Shown here piece by piece: positions 45,288 to 55,264 of a DNA stretch of 64,000 nt. The number at the start of each line of letters is the position of its first letter. Within the stretch, counting starts at the first letter, position 1. Source of the DNA: an uncultured Acidobacteriota bacterium (GTDB lineage Bacteria; Acidobacteriota; Thermoanaerobaculia; Multivoradales; JAHEKO01). A model generated the notes under the pieces. It searched no databases. It saw only the letters and a list, made by a program, of their open reading frames with translations, and was not told where the DNA came from. Where the stretch lies: contig CAVQNG010000004.1 in assembly GCA_963713825.1 (NCBI GenBank), positions 32,001-96,000 on the forward strand, written 5' to 3'. The position numbers and the translations under genes were made by a program.

Positions 45288-46544
45288 TCAATCGGCGCCC
45301 TGCCTCTCCAGCCGCATGTCGAGACGGGGTGGCAGGCCCCCGATCTGCAGGCTCAGAGATCCCGACTGGTCGAGAGAGGCCAGGGATCGGGCCGCCATAG
45401 TCCACTGGCGGATCTGTTCCGTCGCTGGCAAGGGCAGAGAGGTCAAAGTATCCACCACCCCATCCAGGGCTCCCTGAGCCGCGGCCAGATCCAGCCAGAT
45501 GCCAAGATTCAGAGGCGCCTCATCCACCGATTCGAGCAGTTCCGAGAGTGAGGACAGCTGACCTGCCACCGCGTCAACAGCGGCTTCATCGTACCCGGCA
45601 AGAGACCAACCATCGTGGGTACCCTCGGAGACTTCAAACCCCAGCCCGGACAACAGTCTCTCGCCTGGCAGCTGCCATCGCTCACCGACGCCCCGATGGG
45701 CGACCACCGAACGAGCGATCTGCTCCCCTGCCCCCCCGACGTCCGATAGCAAGACGAACGTCTCGATGACCGCATTCGGAGGCGATTGCGAGCCGATCGA
45801 AGCTGCCACCAAGGCCAACTCCGAGGGCAGCTTGGCACGGGGTCGAGCGTCGGAAGCCCGCATGGCTTCAGGCTCGGCGCTGACAATCCGCCAACCCCTG
45901 GCTTCGACATCCACCCGGTAGAGGCCTTCCGGGACGGGTCCGAGAGACCGTTCCAAACTCAGGAGGGAGTGGGTTGGCTCCAAATCGGGTACCGGAAGCG
46001 TCTGGAGCTCCGCAACCTCTCCCAGGGCTGCTATCCACATTCCGTCCCGCCATTCCACCTCCACGGTCTTCCCGTCGAGCTCGACCGGTCCCCCAGCCAA
46101 CCATGCATTGCCGGCCAACTTTCCAGCCAGCCTCGCCAGACCCGCCACAGCGGGATACACGGTGGCTCCCACGACGATGCGGCTGCCGTCCGTGCTTCCA
46201 GCTACGACGAGATCTCTCGCCGGTGGCATACGAAATGGGCCGAAGGAAGGCAGGGCGGCCAGGTCTCGAGACATCAGGTAGGAGGAAACCTCGGAGAGTC
46301 CTTCCAGATCGCCGATCGCATGCTCGAGGGCGGCCAGGTTCTGGTGAGGAAAAGGAATCCAAACGCGCAGTGGGAGATCGCGAGCACCGAAGAACAGCTG
46401 ACTCGTCGGGGCCTCGACTGCCGGACTTCCCACTCGGGCACGAGGCGCATACCAGTAGTACGCGTGGCTGACGAGAGCAACGATCAGGAGGGCCACTCCT
46501 CCCAGTCCCAGCGAGAATTTGGTAGTCCGGTTCATCGACGTCAC
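45288..46544 (-). CDS. Hypothetical membrane-anchored protein
   Basis: 418-aa ORF filling the gap, N-terminal TM helix, no recognisable motif. Confidence 0.65.
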   Translation of the reverse strand: MTSMNRTTKFSLGLGGVALLIVALVSHAYYWYAPRARVGSPAVEAPTSQLFFGARDLPLRVWIPFPHQNLAALEHAIGDLEGLSEVSSYLMSRDLAALPSFGPFRMPPARDLVVAGSTDGSRIVVGATVYPAVAGLARLAGKLAGNAWLAGGPVELDGKTVEVEWRDGMWIAALGEVAELQTLPVPDLEPTHSLLSLERSLGPVPEGLYRVDVEARGWRIVSAEPEAMRASDARPRAKLPSELALVAASIGSQSPPNAVIETFVLLSDVGGAGEQIARSVVAHRGVGERWQLPGERLLSGLGFEVSEGTHDGWSLAGYDEAAVDAVAGQLSSLSELLESVDEAPLNLGIWLDLAAAQGALDGVVDTLTSLPLPATEQIRQWTMAARSLASLDQSGSLSLQIGGLPPRLDMRLERQGAD

Positions 46545-46639
46545 CTTCGATTGAAGACTCTACAGGCTCATGTAGGATTCATGCGCGAGGGAGAGATCAC
46601 CATCAACCCGCACCCTGGAGCCAACTCTCCTACTCCATC

Positions 46640-48043
46640 ATGGCCAGCTCTCGAGACCAGGAACACGACGCGGCCGATCAGTCCATGTCTTTCGGGCGAC
46701 GGGCGCGCCGCAGCCTGGCGCGCCGTTTTCCCCGGGCCCGGCACGTCTATCATTCCGTGCTCGACACGGCCAAGCGACTGCGAAGTGTACCTCGTCAGAG
46801 TGTCGCCGCCCGACGATTCTTGAGGACATGCAGGGATACGGCACGGCAACGCCAGGATGACTCTCGGCTGACAGTGGGCGTCGATATCAGCCCACTGTGG
46901 GAGCCACTGACGGGGGTTGGCTGGTATCTCTACCGACTGTTGGAGCATTTGGCTGACCGCGACGACGTGAGGATTCGGCTCTATCCGCCGACCATCTTTC
47001 TGAGCCACCAATTCCCCCATGGAGACCCCTTGGTTGAGCTGCCATCCGGACCCGCTTTGGAGGTGGTCGCCTACGATCTACCCGATGTCCTGGCTGTGGA
47101 CCACATTGCGGTGAATTTCGTGCGCCGATGGGAAGCAGATCTCGTCCGCCGAGACCACAACCAGGTTCTCTTCGCGCCGAATTACTTCCTACCCAGGCTC
47201 TTCAACAGGGTGCCGGGAGCGCTGGTGGCGACCATTCACGACCTGGGCTTCCGGAAAGTGCCATGGACTTTGCGCGAAGAAACCCTGAGTAGCCTCGCCG
47301 AGCGGCTGGACAAGACCCTCACCAGTGCGGCGTTGCTCATCACGGTCAGCAACACCGTGAGCGATGAGCTGGTCTCATTCGGATACGCACCTCGGGATCA
47401 GATCCGCGTCGTGCATCACGGAGCCGGCCTTCTAGAGGGCATTGCAGCCGGCGCGCTGCCCTCCGGAGTCGCTGCACCGTTCGGCCTTCACGTCGGTACC
47501 CTGGAGCCACGGAAGAATGTCTCCTCACTACTAGCCTGTTGGCGCCTGCTTCGCGACCAGGTACCGGACCTTCCGCCTCTGGTCCTCTGTGGCCGGTTCG
47601 GCTGGAAATCCCAAGATCTCGAAGCCGAGGTCGCGGCAGCCGAAGAAGAGGGGTGGCTACTGCATCTGGGCTATGTACCGGAGGACGAGCTCGCCCGGCT
47701 CTATGCCGAGGCGTTCGTTGTTGTCTTCCCCACTCTGTACGAGGGGTTTGGCCTTCCTGCCGTGGAGGCCATGGCAGCTCGAACTCCCCTGGTCTGTTCC
47801 GACATACCTGTGCTGCACGAGGTAGCAGGCGAGGCCGCTCTCTTCGCGTCGCCGGAGCAGCCCGAAGCAATGGCTCGCCAGGTCCGGAAGGTGCTTACCG
47901 ACGACACCTTGAGAAGGGAATTGATATCTCGAGGCACGGCAAGGCTTGAGGACTTCGACTGGAACAAGACCGCAGAAGAGACCCTCGCTGTCTGGCGGCA
48001 GGCCGCATCGTCAGAGAATCCATCGACCGACAAGGTCGGATGA
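46640..48043 (+). CDS. GT4 family glycosyltransferase (MtfB-like) with N-terminal extension
   Basis: TGVGWY, TIHDL, VGTLEPRKN, PTLYEGFGLPAVEAMA. Confidence 0.88.
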   Translation: MASSRDQEHDAADQSMSFGRRARRSLARRFPRARHVYHSVLDTAKRLRSVPRQSVAARRFLRTCRDTARQRQDDSRLTVGVDISPLWEPLTGVGWYLYRLLEHLADRDDVRIRLYPPTIFLSHQFPHGDPLVELPSGPALEVVAYDLPDVLAVDHIAVNFVRRWEADLVRRDHNQVLFAPNYFLPRLFNRVPGALVATIHDLGFRKVPWTLREETLSSLAERLDKTLTSAALLITVSNTVSDELVSFGYAPRDQIRVVHHGAGLLEGIAAGALPSGVAAPFGLHVGTLEPRKNVSSLLACWRLLRDQVPDLPPLVLCGRFGWKSQDLEAEVAAAEEEGWLLHLGYVPEDELARLYAEAFVVVFPTLYEGFGLPAVEAMAARTPLVCSDIPVLHEVAGEAALFASPEQPEAMARQVRKVLTDDTLRRELISRGTARLEDFDWNKTAEETLAVWRQAASSENPSTDKVG

Positions 48044-48058
48044 ACCAGGAGCCCTCGC

Positions 48059-49207
48059 GTGCCAGTGCCAGAATCCAAGCCGACCATCGCGGTGGACACC
48101 AGGTCCCTGGTGGGACCTCCTTCGGGAATCGGCGTCTACACCCTTTCCATGCTGAAGGCTCTTGCCGCTCGAGGCACTTTGCGGTGGATCGGTCTGGCCC
48201 ATCGCGACCTGTCCTGCGCCGTGGAGCTCGGGCAGGCAGGTGTCGAGCTCGAAGCCCAGGCCGCCCCCTTTGGCGTCTGGTGGCAACAGCGGACCCTGCC
48301 CCACCGACTGGCCGCCTCCGACATCGACCTGTTCTGGTCGCCGCTCCTGACCCTGCCAGTGCGCAATCCAGTCCCGGGAGTCGTGACGATTCACGACCTA
48401 TCACCCCTGGTCCTGCCCGCGGCACACCGGCTGAAAGTACGTTTGAGCTTCCTGCCGTTCCTCGCTTCCACGGTTCGCCAGGCGCGGCGCATAGTCGTCG
48501 ACTCGGTCGCAACCGCCAACGACGTCAAACGTCACTTTCCAACCTGTAGCGATCGAGTTCAGGTCGTCTACCCCGGGATCGACCCGGTCTTCGCGCCAGG
48601 GAACGCCCCAGACATCGCTCGAACGAGGCAGGAGCTGGGCTGCCCTGAGGGCTATCTCCTCTTCTCCGGAACGCTGGAACCCCGCAAGAACCTCGCGACG
48701 CTGCTCGACGCATGGGAAGCGCTGCGCAACACCTCTTCGGAGTCGTTACCTCTCGTCATCACGGGACCCTATGGGTGGAAAAGCAGAAGTCTGGCTTCTC
48801 GAATGGAAAAGCTGAGGCCTCTAGGCCTCCACAATCTCGGCCGGCTGCCCCGTGAGCGCCAGGTACAGGTGATGCAAGCGGCCTCCATTTTCGTCTATCC
48901 CTCGCTCTATGAAGGCTTTGGGCTACCCCCAGCCGAGGCCATGGCGTGCGGCATACCCACGATCGTCTCGAATCGATCGAGTCTGCCAGAAGTGGTGGGC
49001 GACGCCGGAGTGCAGATCGATCCCGACGACGGTCGACAATTACAGCAGGCCATCGCCGCAATCGCCAGTGATCCAGCGCTGAGTAGCGACCTCGCTGAGC
49101 GGGGACGACAGAGATCCCAGCGGTTCACCTGGTCGCGGGCAGCAGCCGAAATAGAGGAGATCTTTCTCGAGATCCTGGCTGCCGACGGCAGGCTGGCTCC
49201 GAGGTAG
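48059..49207 (+). CDS. GT4 family glycosyltransferase (MtfB-like)
   Basis: SGIGVY, TIHDL, GTLEPRKN, PSLYEGFGLP. Confidence 0.9.
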   Translation: MPVPESKPTIAVDTRSLVGPPSGIGVYTLSMLKALAARGTLRWIGLAHRDLSCAVELGQAGVELEAQAAPFGVWWQQRTLPHRLAASDIDLFWSPLLTLPVRNPVPGVVTIHDLSPLVLPAAHRLKVRLSFLPFLASTVRQARRIVVDSVATANDVKRHFPTCSDRVQVVYPGIDPVFAPGNAPDIARTRQELGCPEGYLLFSGTLEPRKNLATLLDAWEALRNTSSESLPLVITGPYGWKSRSLASRMEKLRPLGLHNLGRLPRERQVQVMQAASIFVYPSLYEGFGLPPAEAMACGIPTIVSNRSSLPEVVGDAGVQIDPDDGRQLQQAIAAIASDPALSSDLAERGRQRSQRFTWSRAAAEIEEIFLEILAADGRLAPR

Positions 49208-49310
49208 AAAAGGCAGGCTAGAATAGCTGCGGGGGGACCGTCAGCGATCTCCGGACAGGCTGGCCGGGAACTCGACCAACAGCAGCTAGAGGTATTTCTG
49301 GAGCCCTTTT

Positions 49311-50474
49311 TTGAGCTACAACATCGGCATCGATGCTCGGAAGATCGCCGATTTCGGTATTGGGACCTACATCCGGAATCTGGTGCAGTCGCTGGGTGAG
49401 TTGGACCAGGAGAATCAGTACGTCCTGTTCTTGGGGCTGCAGAACCGCGACGCTTTCGAGCCCCTGCCCGAGAACTTTCGCGTCGTCATAGAACGTTCGC
49501 CGTCCTACTCTGCCAGGGAGCTCGTATCTCTATCCTGGCGGCTCTTCCAGCTTCGGTTGGACCTCTACCACTCGACCCATTACGTGCTGCCGGCCATCGT
49601 GCCCTGTAAGGCAGTCGTTACGATCCACGACATCATTCACCTGTTGTATCCAGAGTTTCTGCCCAGCCCGTTGGCGTTCTTCTACGCTCAGAGAATGATC
49701 CGGCGCAGCCTGTCGAGGGGCGATCGCATCATCGCCGACTCGCAGAACACCAAGACGGACCTCATGGAGTATTTCGACGTCGATGGCCGGAAAATTCGAG
49801 TCGTCTACCCCGGTGTTGCCGAGACCTTTCGAACCAAGGTTCCCCGCCAGCAACTGGAACAGACCCTGGCGGAGTTCGAAATCGACCGGCCCTACGTGCT
49901 GTTCGTCGGCAACCCGAAACCACACAAGAACCTGGACAACGTCATCAAGGCCTACGCTCGAGCGTTGGAGATCCACCCATTCGATGCCGATCTGGTTTGC
50001 GTCGGTGACCGCAGCGCGATCGAGTTCAAGGTCAGGCAAAGGGCCTCGCAACTGGGCCTTTCAGACCGACTCAAGCTCCTGGGCCATGTCGATGACGAGG
50101 TGCTTCCCGCTCTCTACCAGGGAGCGACTCTCTTTCTCTTCCCGACCCTGTACGAGGGATTCGGACTTCCCGTGGTCGAAGCCATGGCTTCGGGAGTCCC
50201 CGTTGTCACTTCGAACACGTCCTCTCTGAAGGAGGTCGCTGAAGGGTATGCCCATCTAGTCAACCCGCTGGATACGGAAGAGATCGCCAAGGCGATCGCG
50301 CAATGCATGGCGGATCAGGACCACCGCGACGCACTCGTCAAGCTGGGCCTGCGCCGAGCCGAGGATTTCCGCTGGACTCGAACTGCCGAGCAGACACTGG
50401 ACGTCTACAACAGTGCTCTTCGACAGGGTGGTAAGAAGGGCAAGACGACCTCAGGCGCCAGGGATCGTTCATGA
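49311..50474 (+). CDS. GT4 family glycosyltransferase (MtfB-like)
   Basis: GIGTYIRNL, TIHD, GNPKPHKN, PTLYEGFGLP. Confidence 0.9.
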   Translation: MSYNIGIDARKIADFGIGTYIRNLVQSLGELDQENQYVLFLGLQNRDAFEPLPENFRVVIERSPSYSARELVSLSWRLFQLRLDLYHSTHYVLPAIVPCKAVVTIHDIIHLLYPEFLPSPLAFFYAQRMIRRSLSRGDRIIADSQNTKTDLMEYFDVDGRKIRVVYPGVAETFRTKVPRQQLEQTLAEFEIDRPYVLFVGNPKPHKNLDNVIKAYARALEIHPFDADLVCVGDRSAIEFKVRQRASQLGLSDRLKLLGHVDDEVLPALYQGATLFLFPTLYEGFGLPVVEAMASGVPVVTSNTSSLKEVAEGYAHLVNPLDTEEIAKAIAQCMADQDHRDALVKLGLRRAEDFRWTRTAEQTLDVYNSALRQGGKKGKTTSGARDRS

Positions 50475-51589
50475 GTACCCCACCGACACCACGGACCGCT
50501 CTCGTCCATGATTGGTTGACGGGAATGCGGGGGGGCGAGAAGGTACTCGAATCGATTGCCGACCTTTTCCCGGCAGCGCCCATCTACACCCTGTTCCATT
50601 TTCCCGGCACCGTCAGCACGTCCCTGGAGAAGCACCCGATTCATACGAGCTTCCTGCAGTCCTATCCAGGAACCAGCACTCACTACCGGCGATACCTGCC
50701 CCTATTCCCCGCAGCGATCGAGGACTTCGACTTCACGGACTATGAGCTGTTGATCAGCACCAGTCACTGCGTTGCCAAAGGCGCTCGCCCCTCGCCTGGC
50801 GCCTATCACATCTGCTACTGCCACACACCCATGCGCTACGCCTGGGACCAGGAGCACACCTACTTCCCGCAGCGCACGGGTCTCGTGGCTCGACTTCGAA
50901 ATATGGCCTTGACTCGGCTGCGAAACTGGGACGTGACGACCGTCGGCCGGGTCGATCTTTTTCTCGCCAACTCCAATTTCGTCGCCGACCGGATCGAGCG
51001 TTACTACGGCCGAGAAGCCGAGGTCCTACCGCCGCCGGTCGACACCGAGTTCTTCGTACCCAAGGAGGCGGCGCCAGGCCAGTACGCCATCATCGTCTCG
51101 GCTCTGGCGCCCTACAAGCGGATCGAGGTCGCGATCGCAGCTTGCGAAAACCTGGGGCTCGAACTCAGGATCGTCGGCACCGGCCCGGAGCAGGAGCGGC
51201 TGTCCCGTCTGGCGGGCACCACGACCAAGCTGCTGGGATTCCTGCCACCGGAGTCCCTTCGAGCGCAATTGCAGGGCGCCCTGTGCTTCCTGCAGCCTGG
51301 CGTCGAGGACTTCGGGATCTCGAGCGTCGAGGCGCTCGCGTCAGGCTGTCCCGTGGTGGCCTTGGGACGCGGTGGGATTCAGGATATCGTTAGGGATGGC
51401 GAGCACGGAGTGCTCTATCAGGGAGAGGGGGACTCTCGAGCCTTGGCCTCAGCGATTGACAAATGTCGCAAAATTGGCTTCAATAAATTGAATCTAAAAA
51501 GCCGCGCGGAAGATTTCTCCAGCGCGAGCTTCGAGGCCCGGTTTCGATCGATCCTGGAGACGACGATCTCTGGTTGGGATCTACCGTGA
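50471..51589 (+). CDS. GT4 family glycosyltransferase (WbaZ-like)
   Basis: ALVHDWLTGMRGGEKVL, YCHTPMRYAWD, EDFGI..VEA. Confidence 0.9.
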   Translation: MSTPPTPRTALVHDWLTGMRGGEKVLESIADLFPAAPIYTLFHFPGTVSTSLEKHPIHTSFLQSYPGTSTHYRRYLPLFPAAIEDFDFTDYELLISTSHCVAKGARPSPGAYHICYCHTPMRYAWDQEHTYFPQRTGLVARLRNMALTRLRNWDVTTVGRVDLFLANSNFVADRIERYYGREAEVLPPPVDTEFFVPKEAAPGQYAIIVSALAPYKRIEVAIAACENLGLELRIVGTGPEQERLSRLAGTTTKLLGFLPPESLRAQLQGALCFLQPGVEDFGISSVEALASGCPVVALGRGGIQDIVRDGEHGVLYQGEGDSRALASAIDKCRKIGFNKLNLKSRAEDFSSASFEARFRSILETTISGWDLP

Positions 51590-51692
51590 ATCCTCAGAGC
51601 ATCGACAAAGCACATTCACTGTTTTCAGACCCACCCGAGGGTGGGCTCAGGCGTGCACCGGTAGGTTCACAACGACTGAGAGGGTTGAGCAA

Positions 51693-53126
51693 TTGATCCA
51701 TCAACGCCACCGAATGACGGTCACCAGCTATTTTCTCAGTGACCTGCTGGCAACGTTGGCTGCCTTCTTCGCCGCCTGGTACCTGCGTTTCGGTACCGGC
51801 ATCTTTCCGGTTCGACACCTACCGGAATTCGAGCGCTACCTATTACTCCTGCCGATCATTCTGCTGCTCTGGCCGATCGTGCTCTACTTCCATGGCCTCT
51901 ATCAGATCCGCCGAGGCAGGACACGGGTCGATGAAGCGCTGACCATCTTCATTGCGGTGTTGCTGGCCACCGTGCTGCTGGGGTCCTTCATTACGTGGGT
52001 CCGACCCGCTGGCTATCCCAGGCCGGACGGCACCCTGGAACCATTCACCTACAGTCGTGGATTCCTGGCCATCTTCGCTGGCTTGAATCTGTTTTTGCTG
52101 GTTGTCGGTCGGAATGTGATTCGGGACATCTTGACCGTCGTCCGACTGAAGGGTCAGAACCTGCAGCGCATCCTCATCCTGGGAGCCGGGGCGCTGGGCA
52201 AGGAAGTCACAAAGAAGCTACAAAACCACCGAGAGCTCGGTCTCAGCGTTGTCGGCTTTCTCGACGACGACCCTGGGAAGTCCAAACGCAAGATCTCTGG
52301 CGTGCCTGTACTCGGCAAGCTCAGCCAGGTCGACGAGGTCATCGAGCGCGAGAACATCGACCAGATCTACATCGCTTTGCCACTCGAGGCACATAAGAAG
52401 ATGATGCAGATCCTGCAGTCGATCGGGCGCGAATGCGTCGAAGTTCGTCTGGTTCCGGACATCCTCCAGTACGCCACGCTCAAGGCAACGTTGGAGGATC
52501 TGGACGGCACGCCGGTCATCAACCTTTCACAGGTTCCGCTCCAGGGCTGGAGCAGTCTGGTGAAGCGCGGCATGGACATCGGCGTTGCGACGGCGGCGAT
52601 GGTCGTCTTGTTGCCATTCCTGCCCTTTGTCGCCCTGGGTATCTGGCTTGAAGACCGGGGTCCACTGTTCTACCGACAGGAAAGAATGGGCCTCGATGGG
52701 CGCTCTTTCATGATGCTCAAGTTTCGCTCCATGAGGGTCAACGCCGAGTCGACGACCGGACCGGTCTGGGCGACCAGGGGTGATCCGAGGCGGACCCGAA
52801 TCGGCGCCTTCCTGAGGCATTGGTCCCTCGACGAGCTACCGCAGCTGTGGAATGTCTTCAAGGGCGAGATGTCCATCATCGGCCCCCGCCCCGAGCGGCC
52901 TGCGTTCGTCCACGAGTTCAAGCACCGGATCCCGCAGTACATGCTGCGCCATCGAGTCCGGGCCGGAATCACCGGTTGGGCCCAGGTACACGGCTGGCGA
53001 GGCAACACCTCCATCCGCAAGCGGATTCAATACGACCTCTACTACATCGAAAATTGGTCGCTCAAGCTGGATCTGAAGATCTTGTGGATGACCTTTCGGC
53101 ACGGCCTGCGGCACAACGCCTATTGA
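51693..53126 (+). CDS. wcaJ: Undecaprenyl-phosphate glucose phosphotransferase (priming GT)
   Basis: Multi-TM N-terminus, VVGFLDD, KFRSM, SLDELPQLWNV, GPRPER, GITGWAQV, DLYYIENWS. Confidence 0.88.
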   Translation: MIHQRHRMTVTSYFLSDLLATLAAFFAAWYLRFGTGIFPVRHLPEFERYLLLLPIILLLWPIVLYFHGLYQIRRGRTRVDEALTIFIAVLLATVLLGSFITWVRPAGYPRPDGTLEPFTYSRGFLAIFAGLNLFLLVVGRNVIRDILTVVRLKGQNLQRILILGAGALGKEVTKKLQNHRELGLSVVGFLDDDPGKSKRKISGVPVLGKLSQVDEVIERENIDQIYIALPLEAHKKMMQILQSIGRECVEVRLVPDILQYATLKATLEDLDGTPVINLSQVPLQGWSSLVKRGMDIGVATAAMVVLLPFLPFVALGIWLEDRGPLFYRQERMGLDGRSFMMLKFRSMRVNAESTTGPVWATRGDPRRTRIGAFLRHWSLDELPQLWNVFKGEMSIIGPRPERPAFVHEFKHRIPQYMLRHRVRAGITGWAQVHGWRGNTSIRKRIQYDLYYIENWSLKLDLKILWMTFRHGLRHNAY

Positions 53127-55264
53127 CCCGTCGTTGGGTTTGCGACTCCCTCTTGCTTCGTATCTAGGTGGGTCGACGCCGGCTCCCGCCGACCCAGACT
53201 CCTGACCGCATCTCGCAATACCTGTTTGAGCTCGCGACGCTCCTCGTCGTTCAACTCTCTGCCGCCGAAACTCTCCTGGAGGTAGAGCTCCACCAGGCGA
53301 TTCGTGGAGACCTCGGCGACAGGTTTCTGCCGCCCGACCCGCGCCGCGAGCTCGAGCGGCGGCACCGAATCGGTGAGAGCCAGTTCGGGCTCTTTCTCCA
53401 GCCGGGTCCGGAGTTGGCGATAGGCTCTGGAGCCGGAAAAAGCCGGGCGATGCCGCCATGTCCACCAAGCTGCGAGAGACAGCAACAGGACCAGCGGCAG
53501 TACCTGGACAGCGCTGGGCTGCCAGTCGAACTCCGAACCCTCCGGTTGCTCTTCGGCCTCATTCTCGAGGCTCGATCTGGCCGGCGTGTCTGGCTGCTTC
53601 TCCTCTTTGGCTCTACCATCCCAGAGCTGCGACCAGAAGACGGCCAATCGCCGGGCAATGCCCAACTGGTCGTAAAACCCAAAGGTCAGAACGTAGCGAT
53701 CCCACCGGAAGAGAAGGTAGTCGTAGGCCTGCGAAGCCAACAGACTCCAACCCAGCTTGGCACTGGCTGGCAGTCCCGACGGCGGCGTCGGATCGAACGT
53801 CGTCCACCCTTGTTCGGGTAGATAGGCCTCCACCCAGGCGTGCGCGTTGCTCTGTCGGACCACAAAATAGTCCTCGAACGGGTTGTACTCGCCACCGAGA
53901 TAACCCGTCACCAGGCGCGCTGGCACTCCCACTGCTCGCACCATGAGCACCATCGACGAAGCGAAATACTCGCAATGCCCCCGTTGCCATTCGAAGAGGA
54001 AGTCCTCGACGGGCGATGTGCTGCGAATACCCAGAAGATCGAGAGAGTAGGTGTATTCCCGCATCAAGTACTCTTGAATCCGCCTCACCTGCTCAGCTGG
54101 CTCGCCGACTCCCGCAACTTCAGTGGCAAGGGCCGCAATCCGCGCCCCGCTCTCCTCCTGCGCCTCTTCGTCCAAGGGCGGGGGCGGAGGTAGCCCGGAG
54201 CTCAGGCGTAGCTCGGCAGAAGGAGCCAAACCGACCCGGTAGCGAATGGTGCCGGGCTGCTGGATTTGGAGGTGCGTCAGACCGCCATCGTCCAGATTCA
54301 TGGTGGGGGTGGCAGTATCGACCGTCAGGGCCTCGATGGGCAAGACCAGCCCGACACTCGCCACCGGCTCGAGCCAGACCCCGAGCCACGAGCGCGATTG
54401 GCCATCGGCGACATGGAAGAAGCCATCCCTTTGGCGAGCGAGCCGTTGCGTGCGAACCTTGCCTCGAGACCACGCATCGCCACGAAAGTCGTTGTAGACG
54501 GCGGCCCGAAATCGCATCTCGTGACCACTCGGTGGGGGTGTTTCGTACTCCAACCGCATGGCAACGGCGCGACTGGCCCGCGCCCGGCCGATCACATCCA
54601 TGCCGATCTGTTCGAGGAATCGCGCACTCTGCATCGCCCCACCGACGCCCCCTCCAGGCCCAACCAGGTAGGGCTTGCCGAGCCGGGGCAGCAGCGCGAA
54701 CAGGGGCACCGCTAGCGCCAGGGTCAGAAGGCTGCCCACGACCAGGAAGCGTTTCAGCGGCACGGGCGTCAGAGTGTCTCCTGTCAGCCCCTGATTGCTG
54801 AGGACATGGAAGACCGCGAAACGGGCCAGCAGAAGCAGGCTCAGCACCAGAAAAGCGATCATGTAGAGAGCCACCGTCGGATGGACGCTGGTTCCCATGG
54901 ACGCCAAGAAGACGAAGAAGATCAGTAGATAGACGTGCCACTTGTCCTTCTCGCGCTTGAGCCCGAACAGTTTGACTGCGAGGGCGAACAGCGCCAGATG
55001 CAACAGGGGTCGGAGCACCCGACCCTGCCAGAAGACGGAGAAATCGAGCAAAAGAAACGGCACGTAAACCAGGCCCAGGAGGTTCATCGCCCAGCTTGGC
55101 AGCGGCCTCGTCTGGCCTGTCAGGCTGCGGCGAAGAAACAGCGCGACGGCCAGCGAGAAGACGACGATGGATGGCCAACCGACAATTTCATTGAAGGGCA
55201 GGGGAATGGGTGCCAGCAGCGCCAAAACGGCCAGCAGGACTCTCTTTCTGAGGTCGAAGCTCAC
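53120..55264 (-). CDS. DUF3488 + transglutaminase-like domain membrane protein (TgpA-like)
   Basis: Multi-TM N-terminus; GHCEYFAS, HAWVE, FDPTP catalytic triad motifs. Confidence 0.9.
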   Translation of the reverse strand: MSFDLRKRVLLAVLALLAPIPLPFNEIVGWPSIVVFSLAVALFLRRSLTGQTRPLPSWAMNLLGLVYVPFLLLDFSVFWQGRVLRPLLHLALFALAVKLFGLKREKDKWHVYLLIFFVFLASMGTSVHPTVALYMIAFLVLSLLLLARFAVFHVLSNQGLTGDTLTPVPLKRFLVVGSLLTLALAVPLFALLPRLGKPYLVGPGGGVGGAMQSARFLEQIGMDVIGRARASRAVAMRLEYETPPPSGHEMRFRAAVYNDFRGDAWSRGKVRTQRLARQRDGFFHVADGQSRSWLGVWLEPVASVGLVLPIEALTVDTATPTMNLDDGGLTHLQIQQPGTIRYRVGLAPSAELRLSSGLPPPPPLDEEAQEESGARIAALATEVAGVGEPAEQVRRIQEYLMREYTYSLDLLGIRSTSPVEDFLFEWQRGHCEYFASSMVLMVRAVGVPARLVTGYLGGEYNPFEDYFVVRQSNAHAWVEAYLPEQGWTTFDPTPPSGLPASAKLGWSLLASQAYDYLLFRWDRYVLTFGFYDQLGIARRLAVFWSQLWDGRAKEEKQPDTPARSSLENEAEEQPEGSEFDWQPSAVQVLPLVLLLSLAAWWTWRHRPAFSGSRAYRQLRTRLEKEPELALTDSVPPLELAARVGRQKPVAEVSTNRLVELYLQESFGGRELNDEERRELKQVLRDAVRSLGRREPASTHLDTKQEGVANPTTGQ

